A stretch of DNA of 60,158 nt, filler included, from Sphacelaria rigidula (Eukaryota), in assembly GCA_964200075.2 (NCBI GenBank). It is 8 parts of 8 records of this genome, joined end to end, with 100 filler letters (N's around TTAATTAATTAA, not from the genome) between each part and the next. Parts side by side here need not be neighbours in the genome. Positions count along the whole stretch, not along the records: positions 22,599 to 30,030 come from CAXNAA020014946.1; positions 30,131 to 37,562 come from CAXNAA020014947.1; positions 37,663 to 45,094 come from CAXNAA020014948.1; 5 more parts are not named here. One strand, written 5' to 3'. Below, piece by piece: positions 25,521-38,668 of the stretch. Positions within the stretch are counted from its first letter, which is position 1, and each line of letters starts with the position of its first letter. A program made the position numbers and the translations under genes. The notes under the pieces are model-generated. The model was given only the letters and a program-made list of their open reading frames with translations. It was not told the DNA's origin and made no database searches.

Positions 25521-26984
25521 CTGGACAAAAGATCCAAGCAAGATTTGAAGGAGGAAGGGGGAGGGGAACAGCACAAGCATCATGCAAATCAGACATACCG
25601 CCACGAACGAATCGTGTCTCTAGCAGCAGGCAGCACCCAAATGTACGTGTGCTGTCGCACATATTCACGTGCCGCTGCAACGGCGACATATCGCTGTGCT
25701 CTGCCCTGGTTGATGGATGGCTACTGATCCATCATGGTAACCTGGTAGAAATCGTTAACTTTCGAGAGCATACCCGTGCATTGGGCTTCCCTACCGCACC
25801 GAACGGCATGCTTACACCTATCTATTTCCTAAACATTGCGCATCCTGGACGATATATGGTCAGTGGATGCAATGGACCAAAAATGTACAACTAGGTTGAG
25901 TAAAGGCCTACTGCAATGGCGAAGTAGCCACAAAGCGGAAATGCGGCAATCGACGACTACCGCGCACAATCTTCATCCCTATGCCTGCACACAGCAAGCT
26001 GCACTACGACGGGTGATGAATTTGAACATCACTCTTTTCACCACAGAGTTTTCCCAAGGTATCTGCTCCCGCGCACATGTGAGACGCCGGGCGTGGGAGG
26101 TCAGGTTCAGCAAGACCCCTAACGTCCATATACTCTTCTAGGATTACATATATACTCTGGTTCTGGTTCGCGGGGGCCCTTGCCAGACAGGACGCAACAT
26201 CTTCCAAAACGCATCATGCAAGGTCGATAAGCTGTACAAGGGCCCAAGGAGGCTGGGCACCCCCCATACACTCGGGGGATAACGTCCTGGAGAATTTACG
26301 TGCACTAGGAGCCCTCCGACGGGAAGGAGCACAACGGGAATGGTTCGTCTACGGTGTGGAGGTCAACATGCCTACGATCCGGTCACTGTGGCGATGAATA
26401 TGGGCTATAACACGGACTCTGACATATTTTTTTTCAACGGTTGTTGATTATATCCTTGGTGGGTGGTCTTGCGGTGTTGCCTGCTTTGTGCGTTTGTACC
26501 TGCTCTACTATACCATGTCCTTGGGCCTCATAATAGTGTGGGGCAGTCGTGCATGGGTACAGCATGCAGATGAGAATTGTACAAGTGTAGATGTCTATTT
26601 ACCCGCCTTTAGGTGCAACATCTTTGCTCGTGGTAGTGACGAATCCTTATTTTGCACTACGATGAGGGTACAGATTATGGTTGCACATGACCCGTCAAAT
26701 TTCTAGACCAGATAAATGGTTCGTCAGTTTCGAGCAGGTTGTCGGCCTTGGGCGTCCAATCCGTGCGTGATGCTTCACAGACAGCCCCCTACATGTACAG
26801 CTGGTATGCACCTCCTCTGATCCGCGATATGCGGTCAATTTCGACAAGTTGCACAAAGAGAGAACACTTGAGATTAAAGTTGTAGGTTCGATTTCCAGCT
26901 GAAACACCTTGTTTTTTCCCTTTACATCTTGATATTTCTTCGCTTCGAGCCTCCGTATGGCAGACGAAATAAAAATCTGAAAAT

Positions 26985-27377
26985 GCACCTTTTGGAAGCT
27001 CTCACATCGTTTTACACCCTAAAAGAGAGCTAGGCGAATTTGGACACCTTGGAACGCCTTGCTGCACTCGTTAAGACGGTTCCAGTACACTTGTGTGTTT
27101 TCCCGGTGGTCGCACTTTTTCTTTGGCCAACCTTGTATTTTTATCGGAGACCGACAAAGTCCAAATAAATATCGAGAAAATTCCTGGACTTGACCGGTCT
27201 CCGAGAAAAGTGACCGATCTTCGAGAAAAATGCAAGTGTGGGAAAGGAAGAAAACGCACAGGTGTGGTGGAACCGTCTCGACGAGTACAGCAAGGCGTTC
27301 CAAGGTGTCAAATCCGCCTGTGACTGCTCTTTTCTCTTTTAGAGAGTAGAACGACGGAGGACCTCCAAAAAGGCACT
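26985..27377. repeat. Long imperfect foldback element in the COX4-like intron, same family as 32969-33446
   Basis: GACACCTTGGAACGCCTTGCTGCACTCG...GACGGTTCCA is inverted against TGGAACCGTCTCGACGAGTACAGCAAGGCGTTCCAAGGTGTC. Confidence 0.75.
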
Positions 27378-29178
27378 TTTCAGGATGTTTACTTTTGTCT
27401 GCTACAAGGAGCGGCCGTGGGGGTTTTATCCTGTAGCTTTGGTTCCGATGAACATCAAAAATGAAATCCAAAGTTTTGAAAGTATGGCTCTACAGGAAGC
27501 GAAGGTAATCAAGATCACGCAAAATAAAAGAATAAAAAACGATTTCTTTTGGCGTAGGGGAAAAAACACACCCTACTTTTTTTTTTTGACCAAATCTTCG
27601 CAATATCCTTAACGGGGTATACTTTTCAGGGAAACGGGATGGGAAATCATTATGCTCTTTTTCAGCGCATTCCCTTCAACGGCCTATCTGTCGAAGCATG
27701 ATGGGGGGGGGATGATGCAAAGGTAATATTTCCAAGCCCTAAACTGCAAATCGACCCTAGTTTGATCAGAGGTGATGATATATTCGGGAATTGGTTATCC
27801 CAATCTAATGACGGAAGTGACGAGGTGGTGTTCGATGACCTTGGCCCATTGTGCATCCCCACGATGCACATGTCAATGCCCGACGCGTGTAGTAACTAGG
27901 TTTGAGATTTACAGTGCTCGTGCTCGACTTTCACCAAAAGGAGGTCTGTAGGGCTCCTGCCTAAAGCCAGCTCCAAGGTCAAGTGAAGTAGCTGAAGAAA
28001 ATCGGCCCGCTAGTACGAACCACGTGACCCGAACTTTTCGGGGTATGTGAGGAATCGGGCTCATCTACTGCCTTCACTAACATTCCTTCATGTCGATTAC
28101 AACATTTCATTGCAGGCACAATGGTATTCACACATTCCCATTTCAGGTAGGGCTAAGAAGTAAGGGTGGATGGAGTCTACGGGTTAGCCCGGGCTCAGAA
28201 CGGACGTACTAGCGGACCGGTTCTGTACGACGACGAACGCTAGTACACCCTCGGGCTCGTTTCATGTTGATACGTGATTGCGACGTCATGAGTATAGCGC
28301 TACTGTTGCGTGACGAAACTCGTTTTCGAGGTCACTCACGCGGCTGCGCGTGAGGTGACCACGAGCAAGACGAGGAACCAATCATCCGCACAAATTTTGA
28401 CTGCCTCGTGAAGAAAACAAACGAAAGACCAAGACTTGGAAACAGCGATGCTGCACTACGGTATGCGGTACTAACACTAACAACGCTGTACATGTATGTA
28501 GCACTTACAGCTGGTTATAAGTGCGCAATGCGTGCTGCCGGCCTACTTGTTCACCGCTGCACTACGGCTGCAGAGCCGTCGACGCGGACTTTCCAGTACA
28601 ACAGTACGTGACGGGAAAGACGAGAGAACTGAAACAGCTACGAAGTATTCACACTTGAGACAACTGTCCGTTCCTTGTATTGAAAATAATGAAGGCAGCA
28701 TTCGTGAGGGCTCTGGGATGCGATGGTACGTCAGCAAAGGAGGGCACACTGTCGATACTACTGCTGCCCTGCTTCGAATGGGCGCACATTTTCTGCCGAC
28801 CCGAGACACAACAGGGGGTGTTTGCGCTCGAAGGTAAGACACTCGAGCATATGGGGCACGATGCCAAAAAGGTACTCGGACATGCCCAGAGCCGCCCGGG
28901 TGGCTACGAGTGCTGTTCTAATTTCGAGATCTGAGCAAAACAGTTCACACAAAAGTGGCTTTCGCAACATTTCATTGACCACGAAGAGAAGACATAGGCT
29001 ACAGTCTCCCATGCCCCTACATCTACCAACATCTACCCCTGCACTGAAGTACAGAACTATTTACTCGGTGTAGCGAAGGGAAAGAGTCCGTTCCCCAAGC
29101 AACAAACTTCGGAGGTTGACAGCACGGACACCCACTCGTGAACCAAGTCAACCTCTGCTGAACACAAAGGGTACTCAC

Positions 29179-29278
29179 TTCCACCGGACAAAGTCTTGTA
29201 CATGAGATGTGTGCCAGCCACCGTTGTCAAGAAGCCACCCCAAAAAAGCTTCATGTTTGCTGCAGGGTTTCCAGGCAT
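29179..29278 (-). CDS. COX4: Exon 1 of the COX4-like gene (start codon and single transmembrane segment)
   Basis: gcaaccATG start context with an upstream in-frame stop. Encodes MPGNPAANMKLFWGGFLTTVAGTHLMYKTLSGG. Donor GGA A|gtgagt is phase 1 and matches exon 2 (A+TG). The intron is 3,658 bp. Confidence 0.75.
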
Positions 29279-29845
29279 GGTTGCAAATCGGTCAAGACGA
29301 CAAGCGCTCTATTGTCTCTGGCCTGCAATGGAGGTACTTAGTGGGCGCAGGGAGAATCACCAAACAACTATTCTGAAAAGGCGTCATTTTTCGTGCGTGA
29401 GCGGTCCCCGAATCGACGGAGGTGATTCCGCCGCGTTTTGTTTTTGATGACCAACCGGCACTGCCTGTCGAACACAGCAGCTGTTATCCAGATTTTGATA
29501 TCCATTTACTAGGCAGTCTGCCTGCAGTCTATCGAATCCGAATTCTTTACCAGACAGCATAGTATGCAGCATATCGATCCGATGGTCCATCGGTTGGGTG
29601 TGGGAATGGGGTGTAGCTGCTTGACCCTGCGCCCGAGTCTTCGAAGACTCGAGAAAAGAGCATGGCTCTTTCGTCACATCGAAAATATTGTCGTTTCCAT
29701 CGTGAGAAGAGCACAAGCAGGGCCAGCTTGAAGCATTTTTTTGGCACGTGAACAGTTTTGGACGGCCTGTTTGTAAGGGATGGGCTATTTTTTTGGCAAA
29801 CAAAAATAATCCTACAAAACCGCACTCTTGGGCCTTCTACTACTA

Positions 29846-29932
29846 GCCGCGGTGCCCCAGTGGTGTAACGGTCCGACTGTCGCCGATAAGGTGGAGGGAA
29901 CGGAGGTTCGATTCCCGATGCGTTGGGTTTTT
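29846..29932 (+). mobile_element. tRNA-derived (SINE-like) head; a similar A/B-box head is at ~47580-47640
   Basis: A-box-like GGTGCCCCAGTGGT and B-box GGTTCGATTCCC, followed by a T-run. It does not fold into a convincing cloverleaf. Confidence 0.5.
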
Positions 29933-31264
29933 TCCTCGTGATGTATGATTTCCATCGTCGAAAGCGTGAGAACGCAAGTGAACAAATTAGTCGACCGGGT
30001 TTGTGTGACGTGAGTTGACGCGGTGCGGGANNNNNNNNNNNNNNNNNNNNNNNNNNNNNNNNNNNNNNNNNNNNTTAATTAATTAANNNNNNNNNNNNNN
30101 NNNNNNNNNNNNNNNNNNNNNNNNNNNNNNAAATCGGACACCGTTAAGGGCTCGTATATACATAACGGACTTTAATTATGGGACAGAGGAAGTACAAGTA
30201 TTGTGCAGTCGTGATCATACATTGGGTCTGCAGCACCCTCCAACAGTAGTCGAACGACGTCGGAGTGTGCTCCTCTACAGGCCAGATGTAGAGCTGTCTC
30301 TCGCGCCCTGTTCCGTTGCTCGACGTCTGCTCCGTGACTGAGGGCAACCCTGACAGCTTCAACACGCCCGCCGTAGGCTGCAACCTGTTCATTTTACAAC
30401 GCCGTGGCGGTGGAATTCAACCACAGTACCGCGCGTGTAGGACAGGGGGAAGTCAAAACCGGGGGGAAGGCGCTTGTCGCTATTAATAGTGTGCTTGACA
30501 GCTTTCGAAATCGCTCGGTCTGCTCGTCGACGTCAGCCGGGCTCAGTGGCGCGCGCAACATGCACGCGTGCATATATGGCGTGAAACACAAAGCGAGACA
30601 GCAAGACAACTAAACTACAGTACTTCAGCACGTGCGTCGGACCTCCATCTGTCAACAAGTAAGTTTTGTGAAAAACTGCGGTATCCCAGGTATCCCCCTA
30701 AATAATGTGTCGGTACAGACGATTTATTTGCTGTTGATCGTCGACCAGTCTCTTCCTCACATGCAATGGAGAGTTGCCCCATTGCTCTGCTCTGGGATCA
30801 CCTCCACTTATGATGAATCGTCGGATGGCTTCACCACCACACTCCGAAGATGCCGCCGAATGCAGGTCCCAGTAAGGGCAGGTGGGTTCATTCTTCACGG
30901 TGGTGGTTGGCGTTGGTAACTCATCTCGCTGTAGCCGAATGCACGCGAGATCGTCGTTTTTTACCTTGACATGAGACTCAGGCGAAGATTTTTCGATATC
31001 ATGTCGGTCCCAAGATCGTTGCCCTCGAGAAGCTATGGTAGACGTCACCATTCGTGCCTGACTAAAGCATGTCACTGCACTATGGGAAGCAGAAGGTGAC
31101 GGGCGCAAGATGAGGCACGACGACGCGAGGACACAACAGCTGGTTCATCCATACGCCCCAGTTGTCCCGCATCATAGAGCGTAGATCGTAGATGTTGATC
31201 GGGAGATCGCGTCTCCACTACGGGTCTGAGAAAGCCGACGGTTATCCCAATCGAGCGGGGGGCT

Positions 31265-31885
31265 ATGCTGTGGAGATCGGTTTGTATCTCCACTATTGTA
31301 AGTCTCCCCGAAAACGGAATCATGGGTCGATTAGCAGTGGTTGTGTCACTCAGCTCTGCGCTCCTCGTGGTGGCGTGGTTACTGGTGGGAAGTGGAGGAA
31401 GTACTACTACTAACGGCACTGCCAATAGTGCAGCCACAAAAATTCCAGGAGATACCCTTCGCAAGAACAGCCGCATTACGGCAGCCGAAGGTCCAGACGA
31501 CGAAGGAGGGCACCCCAGGGAGAAAGGCAGGAGACTCCCCAGTAAGGTTACGAAGCTTCAACCCGTTCGACACCCCCCGCGAGCCAAAAAGAAGAGACCC
31601 ATAAAAGGGGTGCAGGTAGATCGGAGAAATGTTATCGAGGAGGTCACCATGCAAGACTTGGAAGCGCCGGAGGGCAGACTGTGGATACCTGCCGCCATTC
31701 TAGGCCCGGTCCGAACCACCTATGTTGACCCTCTCCACGATGTCCTCGTGGCGTATTGCCAACTAGACATGAAGGCGTATCATGAGACGCCGTGGATGTT
31801 TGCTATGGGCACATTTCACCAACGACAGTCAGGGTGCCTTTCTGACGAGGCTTTGGTGCGGACTTATCGGTTGTCATCGCTTGCG
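31265..31885 (+). CDS. First coding exon of a type II membrane protein, possibly a Golgi sulfotransferase-like enzyme
   Basis: 207 open codons ending at donor GCG|gtgagc. N-terminal hydrophobic anchor LAVVVSLSSALLVVAWLLVG, then a Ser/Thr/basic stem, then a globular region with YCQLDMKAYHETPWMFAM..SGC. The family assignment is recalled resemblance only. Confidence 0.7.
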
Positions 31886-32968
31886 GTGAGCTCAATTATT
31901 GCTGGTCGTTTGATTTTTTTGTCGCCTTGGATGCTTCCGCCCTTTGTATGCTCTCTTCATTTACCATTGCGGGCGCCGCTGCCCGTGTTGTACGTGCCCT
32001 GATTGTATATCGTACGCCACTACTGTACCGTTGTGGCGCAGGATATGTTGTGAATTTTACTTACTTGCGTTCTGTTTGTGTTTCGTTCCATGCCGATGAT
32101 TCTCAGTCATTGGAGAGGGTTCTAACACTTCTGAGCATCATACACGCCACGACTCATCGATATATCAAAACGAATACTGAATACTTTGTTCCGAACCCAT
32201 CCGACTGTTCGCCTTCCTCGCGCAGTTCTTGTCTCATCATTTTACGTCCCTATGAACACATGATAACCGTCATTGTAGCCGCCTACACCGGTATAATAGT
32301 GCTCACACCCACGCACCTCACACCCATGCACCCATGCGCGTAGAAAATGGCAAGAGTATTCTTGTGACGTGCAAACCCACCCTGCGACTTTTAGTCTTGC
32401 ACTGCACGGCCCACGTTTGCTGGCGTGGTCTACAGCAGTTCGCCGGCGTGTCGAAGTTGGCGTGCGTAGTGTCGACATGCATGGGGGTGGTGATTGTTCG
32501 GGATCAGTGTTGATATGGATATGCACAATAGGAGCTGACAATCCGTGTCTTGTTCCTCAACAAGCTTGCGCGATCGAGACGGTTGCGCAGACGGTACTGT
32601 GATACTACCGCCTGCTGTGCTGTGTGGCTGTTGGCACCAAAAGCAACCTACAGGTTTAACGATATTGTGTTGTGAAATTTGAGTAAGTGCGGAGAAATAC
32701 CGCGCATTTGTCGACTCGTGTGAAGACAAACGAGTCAACGCAGCTGCTGCTGCAGTCGGAGAGGCGTACTGCACTACTGTACGACCTAGGCCAGCTGACC
32801 ATGATTTGCGAATGTATCCGGGCCGGGCGGTGAGTAATCCGAAGCATTGGGCGCTGAAATATTGACACACCATTTTCATCATCTCTACACAACTTTCCAA
32901 AAAAAAACACACACAAAATTGGAGCGATTTGAAGTTTCTGCAAAAACTAGAAGAATGGTTTGAAAAAA

Positions 32969-33446
32969 AGGCTACTTCTGATGTATCGGAAAATAAAACT
33001 TGTTGAAAAGTGCATTTTTGACTCTTCTCCGTCTTTTGTCCCCCCTGAAGAGGGCTGGGCGGACGTTGACACCGTGGAATGACTTGCTGTACTCGCTGAG
33101 ACCGTTCCAGAGCACCTTTGCGTTTTCCGTAGGTCGCAGTTTCGTTCTTGGCCAAACATACTTCTTCGATAATAAACGGTCAGGCTATCGAAAAACAGGG
33201 GAGAGAGTGCATTTAAAAAAAATACTTGACCGTCTGTTCTTGGAAATGCAAGTCTGGTCAATAACAAAACTGTGACATCCGCGTACGTAAAACGCAAAGG
33301 TGCTCTGGAACGGTCTCAGCGAGTAGAGCAAGTCATTCCAAGGTGTCAACATCCGTCCAATCCTCTTGAGGCGGGACAAACGACGGAGAAGGGCCAAAAA
33401 TGCACTTCCCAACGAGTTTCATTTTTTTATACATGAGAAGTAGCCT
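32969..33446. repeat. ~480-bp imperfect palindrome (foldback element)
   Basis: AGGCTACTTCT...GTTGACACCGTGGAATGACTTGCTGTACTCGCTGAGACCGTTCCAGAGCACCTTTGCGTTTT is inverted against AAAACGCAAAGGTGCTCTGGAACGGTCTCAGCGAGTAGAGCAAGTCATTCCAAGGTGTCAAC...AGAAGTAGCCT. Confidence 0.9.
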
Positions 33447-33670
33447 AACTCCGTGAAAATGGAGAAATACGGGGGCATCCCTGGTGTAGTTATGCGTCCT
33501 TGTGTGGACAAGATCCTGGTGAAATTTCGGTCAAAAGTTCCAGAAATTTGGCGCAGCATCCAACTTTTCGTGTGGCACGGCTACTCTACTTTAATCCAAG
33601 TGATACAGTTGACTCCAGTTATGGAGGTCACGAGTTCGAATCCCGACGGATTCCTCTTTTTTTCGTTCCT
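33446..33670 (+). repeat. Dispersed repeat with an internal tRNA B-box-like motif; homologue at ~53413-53645
   Basis: TAACTCCGTGAA...GGCATCCC...GACTCCA.TTATGGAG.TCACGAGTTCGAATCCCGAC.GATT is shared between two contigs. Confidence 0.75.
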
Positions 33671-36600
33671 TCGGCTAGACCCACTTCTATGGCAGGCACG
33701 AATCTCGATTTTGTCGAGCACCGGGAGAAAAAAGTCGGGGAACGCATTTTATAGACACGAATTTATAGACACGAATTTGAACCAAATTGAGGGCGAAAAA
33801 ACCGGGGAGTCACGACCTCGGAACAGTTGGCTCCGAATTTTTTGAGGTGGCGTACGTGCTTTGACGCACAATGCTAGAGTACGAGGCGTTTGGTATTTTT
33901 GCAACGGTAGCAGAAGACAGTCTCGTGACAGCACAGGGCGTGCCTTCTGCCCGCCCCAGCTGCTGAAGCAATTTCGCACGGGGTCTGACAAGCGGATAAA
34001 AAGTGCTGACGTACTACCCTTCGGCGATAGTAATATTTTATGCTGCGGTGCACTGCCATATGTATCACTATAACAAACGCTTCTGTACTCTCCTAACTAT
34101 TGTCGCTGTACTTGAGGGGTGATGTACGACACTGCACTACTGAACTCTGCTCGCGCACTGTTTGTTCTCTGTTGTCGCAATACTGGCTGTACCATCATAT
34201 ACCACGACACGGCATTATCATGTACTGTACTGATGCAGTGGGAAACTGTTCCGAGACGACGCTCGCTGTCTGAGGGTTAGTGTTACGGCTATTATTTTTC
34301 AAGTGACCGCACATCTATGTACATGAACACACGGGTGTTAACCCCTTAGACCGCGATGCAGGTACTCCATCTCGATCACACATACGTTTTTCAAGTGAAT
34401 TTGAAGCCGAGTCAGCAGGTGACCTACCCTCGCAGCCAAAGGGTTGAGCATTTGTATAGGAATCAGAGCAGGACAGTCCCGGAACGGTTTCGAGCCGACT
34501 AGAAGTGTAGGTATGTCAACATTACTACTGACATGTTTTCGTGGGGCACATGTTTTCATACTTTGCAAGCGGTGCACGCTGGATACCACTAGTACCACTA
34601 CAGTTGCGAGGTACGCAAACAGCCTACAGACAGCACAGTACAGTACAGTACCCTCTGCATATTCCTTCAAAGTGTTGGTGCTCTCGAGGCAGTGCTAATA
34701 CACCTTGGGCATGTTCTGATGTTGCACTGTGAAAAAGTCTGTCTCGAACCTCCGGTGACTACTGCTGACTGCTGATGTCTTTGGTCACAGCAGGACGAAA
34801 CGATCAGCGTATCGTCGCTCTCCACTGTAGGTAATCTACGCTTTTTGTATCTCTTCTTGTGTTCCACGACAGTGCGGAGTTATTTCGACAACATAAAGCA
34901 GTGTTTTCGAGAAATTGAGAGTAGAGGATACGATTAAGAAGGAGAAACGCTCAATTAGGTAATTAATCGTTTCAGTTCCGAAATGCCCCTCCACGAGGCC
35001 TAGTGTGTTTTCTGCAGTAGCTTTCCACTGAGGCCCTTGATATCCCTGATGAGTAGGATATCGACGTGTAGCTGTGAGCTCATGCAAGTGATGGAGGCAA
35101 AGAAAAGCACACACGGAATGAAAAACTGGCTAAGTTAAAGCGAGTGATCAAAGCCACTCTCAATCAGCGCTCTACTCTCAATCTCACGAAAATGTTGTTA
35201 CAAGAGGGGAGCAAGTGGGCCTCAACCCTACCGTTTCGATAGTGCTGCTCTACCGCACATACATAGTATGTTGACAAGCAGTTGCTGTTGTATACAGGAA
35301 GACTTCCGTCAGCTGCTAGATACAACAGTACCAAAAAAAGCTTGCCATCGCCCTCCACTGCACAGTCTACGCTGTTTCTCTCTACTCGATGCTCTACAAC
35401 AGCGTGCAGCTGTCTTGATAACACAAGAGTTGGGGGGGGGCGTACTCATTTGTTGCTTGCCTTAGTCGTTTGACCATTGACCACGCATCCATTTCGAGAC
35501 GGAGCACAAGAGTTGGGGCGGGGGGGGGGGGACAAGCAGGTCGAATGTGCCAGTGGTGGGCTAGTTTGGTTTGACGAGGACTTGACTGGCGGATGGTAGG
35601 CCAATGTAGTCCATCTTCATAGTACGGGAACAGTCGATTAAATGACCGGTCAAAAACTCGAAGTGATCACATCCCGCCCTTTCGGGCCTGCTGTTCGACC
35701 TAGAAATTTCCTGGACATGAACATGGTTGCCCTGGACTGTTTTTTGCGACCATCAGAGAGCCCCCGCCCATCCCCCCCGTAAAAAATGACCCCCCCCCTG
35801 TTGATATAGATTTGTTTTCACCACTCACCCAAGAGTCTGAACGGTTTTTGACACCTGAGTACACACCAAATCCCAACATACCCGCACTCAAGGTCTTGAT
35901 ATAGCTGGACGTTTTTTCGCGAAAACCAGGTACAGGCTGTACAACAATGTACACGCCTGAATGTATGGCCATAGGACGATAGGATTGACCGAAATCGCCG
36001 AATACCTGGTCGTGGCCAGAAAGTCCTCCGGTCCTTCGGAAGCTTTTCGTCTTTTCTCCGAAACCTACACCAGGCCGCCCTACTGTGCCTGAACCTGGCA
36101 CAAATGTACCTTACTTATGGTAGATTCTAAGGAGCTTAAATGCCAGATTTCCGCTCTTCCAACATTGGCGACACAAACCCAACGATGGTCGCACGCCTTT
36201 GACCGCTTCCCACAAGGTGCACTCGTCCCAAAGTCCGATTTGTGTTCCGATCTCTGCACAAAGCTGGACTGTTTCGTGCGGAGGGTTCGGCTGCGGAGTC
36301 TCGTGTGTGTGTATGTGTGTGTGTGTGTGTATGTTGCCATCCCACCTATTCTGGACGCCAGTCTACACCCTTCGGTATATGTGGGCAATGCCCATGACGT
36401 GGAACCCATGCACGGACGGACAGAACCGGGCCCAACGGATACCAACAAGAACGAGCAAGAGTCATGCACGTCCAAGTCCTCAAGTAACCGTGCACGTGAC
36501 CATCCTACGACCGACAATAACCCGTCGGGGCGGAAAAGCAGGCGGTAAAATAGCACTTTGTGTTGATAATACAGTAGTCCCGTTGGCGGCACGCGCTTGT

Positions 36601-38533
36601 GTAGTGTATAGTGTAGTGTATAGTGTACAGGGGATGGTTTGGCCCGTCTTGTCGAGATGAAACAACGAAGAGAGAAAAATAAGCATGCTGATTGATCGCT
36701 GCGATACCAAACCCTCTGAGGAAAAGAAGCGGCGGCGTTTTTTTTGTGGGGGCGGCGCTTTAGCAGCGGCGCTGTTTTACGACGATTATCTTTAAATTTC
36801 CAAGGTAGCGGCGCTGTTTCCACACAGTGGACAAAATATTACGTAGTCTCAAGTGTCACTGCGTACAGACAGTATGGAATCTCTTATCTACTGCAATAAA
36901 CGCAAAAGTCGAGGCTGTACGCAGTACACTTTCACTTTTTGACGATATCATCTAATGTCCAAGGGGTGACTTTGTACAAGAAATATCCTGGATTTTTTCA
37001 GGCTAATCGCTACATCGCTATGAAGAGTAACATGAAACCCGCTCGGGCCTGAACCTTCCAGTACCGAACGTAGGGCCGTGAAGCAATCCGCACGGTGTAT
37101 AAGTGAGGTAGAGCTAGCGTCAGCCGTGATGCGCTTGTGCCGCGGGTGTCTAGTGCATGTTTGCTCGGACTGGATTGTTCATGTGTAGCGTGTTTCAGTC
37201 ATTTGTTTCAGCCACTGGCCGTTGAGATTTCAAGGCCTGTTTGTTACTACGTCCAGTGCGGGAAGAATCATCGCTTTTCCGAGAGAGCTAGTTTTGTGAA
37301 GGCGTGAGGCGGGGTCTTATCGGAAATAATTATCACTTTTCAAAAAGTCACTTTTGGAGAAGTGACTGCCCCCACAACGACCAGTGCTGAGTCTTATCGA
37401 CAAGCAGTTTTGTCCAGATCAAAGCCCAGATCTACACACAGGTACAAAAATGCGGCGGTTCTGGAAGTGACCGTTAGTCCAATATCTCTAAGGGTCGGAC
37501 AAATAATGATTCGTCTGGAAATTACTTGGTTTTAGTATAATGAGTCGACTCGTGACGAATCANNNNNNNNNNNNNNNNNNNNNNNNNNNNNNNNNNNNNN
37601 NNNNNNTTAATTAATTAANNNNNNNNNNNNNNNNNNNNNNNNNNNNNNNNNNNNNNNNNNNNGCCCCGACCTCCGATTAGCACAACGAGAACGATGCATG
37701 CACCTCCCGCCGAATGATTTGAGCCCCCCGGTCCCCCACCTCCCGACTTGATCGTTGCAAAGAGAAGAAGGACGCGTGATCCATATCCAACGTGCGGAAG
37801 CCGCTTACAAGAATATGCCGTATCAGCTGCCCCCCCTCAGTTGTTGGTGAGACACCCGAGGGAGTGCATAACCCGCGACTGTCTCTGCAAGCGGCAATGT
37901 CGGAAATGAAGCACGTCATCCGAGGCTGCCATCCACATGTAAGATATTTATGGTAATACGCTTCGGGCCGAACAATCCTAGCAGGATACAGCTCACCCTT
38001 CATGCGACTTGCCGAACACATCACGGCGCTTTGTGCTTGGTGATTGATTGCGAGCCTGGCCCGGCGGGAACCCGGCGTGCTTCGTCCCGGCTTTGTAGGG
38101 GTGCGAGGTTAATCGTCCTATGACTACGGCATGCAAGATTATGAGTAACCCCCCTCCCCCCCCACGTCCTCGGTTGTTGGTACTACATTGGTGTCACACG
38201 TGGTCTGGTAACGCAGGCACGAAGCAACCGCAGGCATGAAGCAAATGTACGTGAATGTACGTGAACCCACCACCACCACCCCCCTCTCCGGTGATCTTGT
38301 GGACCATCTGTTATCATCAGTACGTCAAATTTGTTCAACCTCGGAGCATATCCACCGAGATTGCGATTTTTTCTTTGGTGTTTTTTGGCCGCATGGTTTC
38401 GCATTTATCATCATCTGCATGTACTCTACTCGAACAAGCAAATCAAAATGGTTCTCTCCCGCTTCCCGCCTCCCCCCCCCCCCCCCGCCCTTCCCCGTAC
38501 TCCGATCCATTCCAACAATGACCATGACCTTGC

Positions 38534-38668
38534 CTTGATGGAGTCGCCTGCATCCATGCGCACGCTGTCCATTTCCATCCGCTTCACCGCCACAAAGTCT
38601 CCAGTAGCGGTGTTGAGAGCCTGAAAAACAGTCCCGAAGCCGCCTCTTCCAATCTCCTGCCCTATTTG
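38534..38668 (-). CDS. Ser/Thr kinase exon (subdomains I-II), Cdc15/Cdc7/MAP3K-epsilon-like STE kinase
   Basis: Acceptor ataacag|CAA. Encodes QIGQEIGRGGFGTVFQALNTATGDFVAVKRMEMDSVRMDAGDSIK, with GxGxxG and VAVK motifs. It is absent from the ORF track. Confidence 0.9.

Noticed and set aside
29846-29932. Genuine tRNA gene (also 33590-33650 and 47580-47640)
   Set aside because: A/B-box-like motifs are present, but the acceptor and anticodon stems do not pair.
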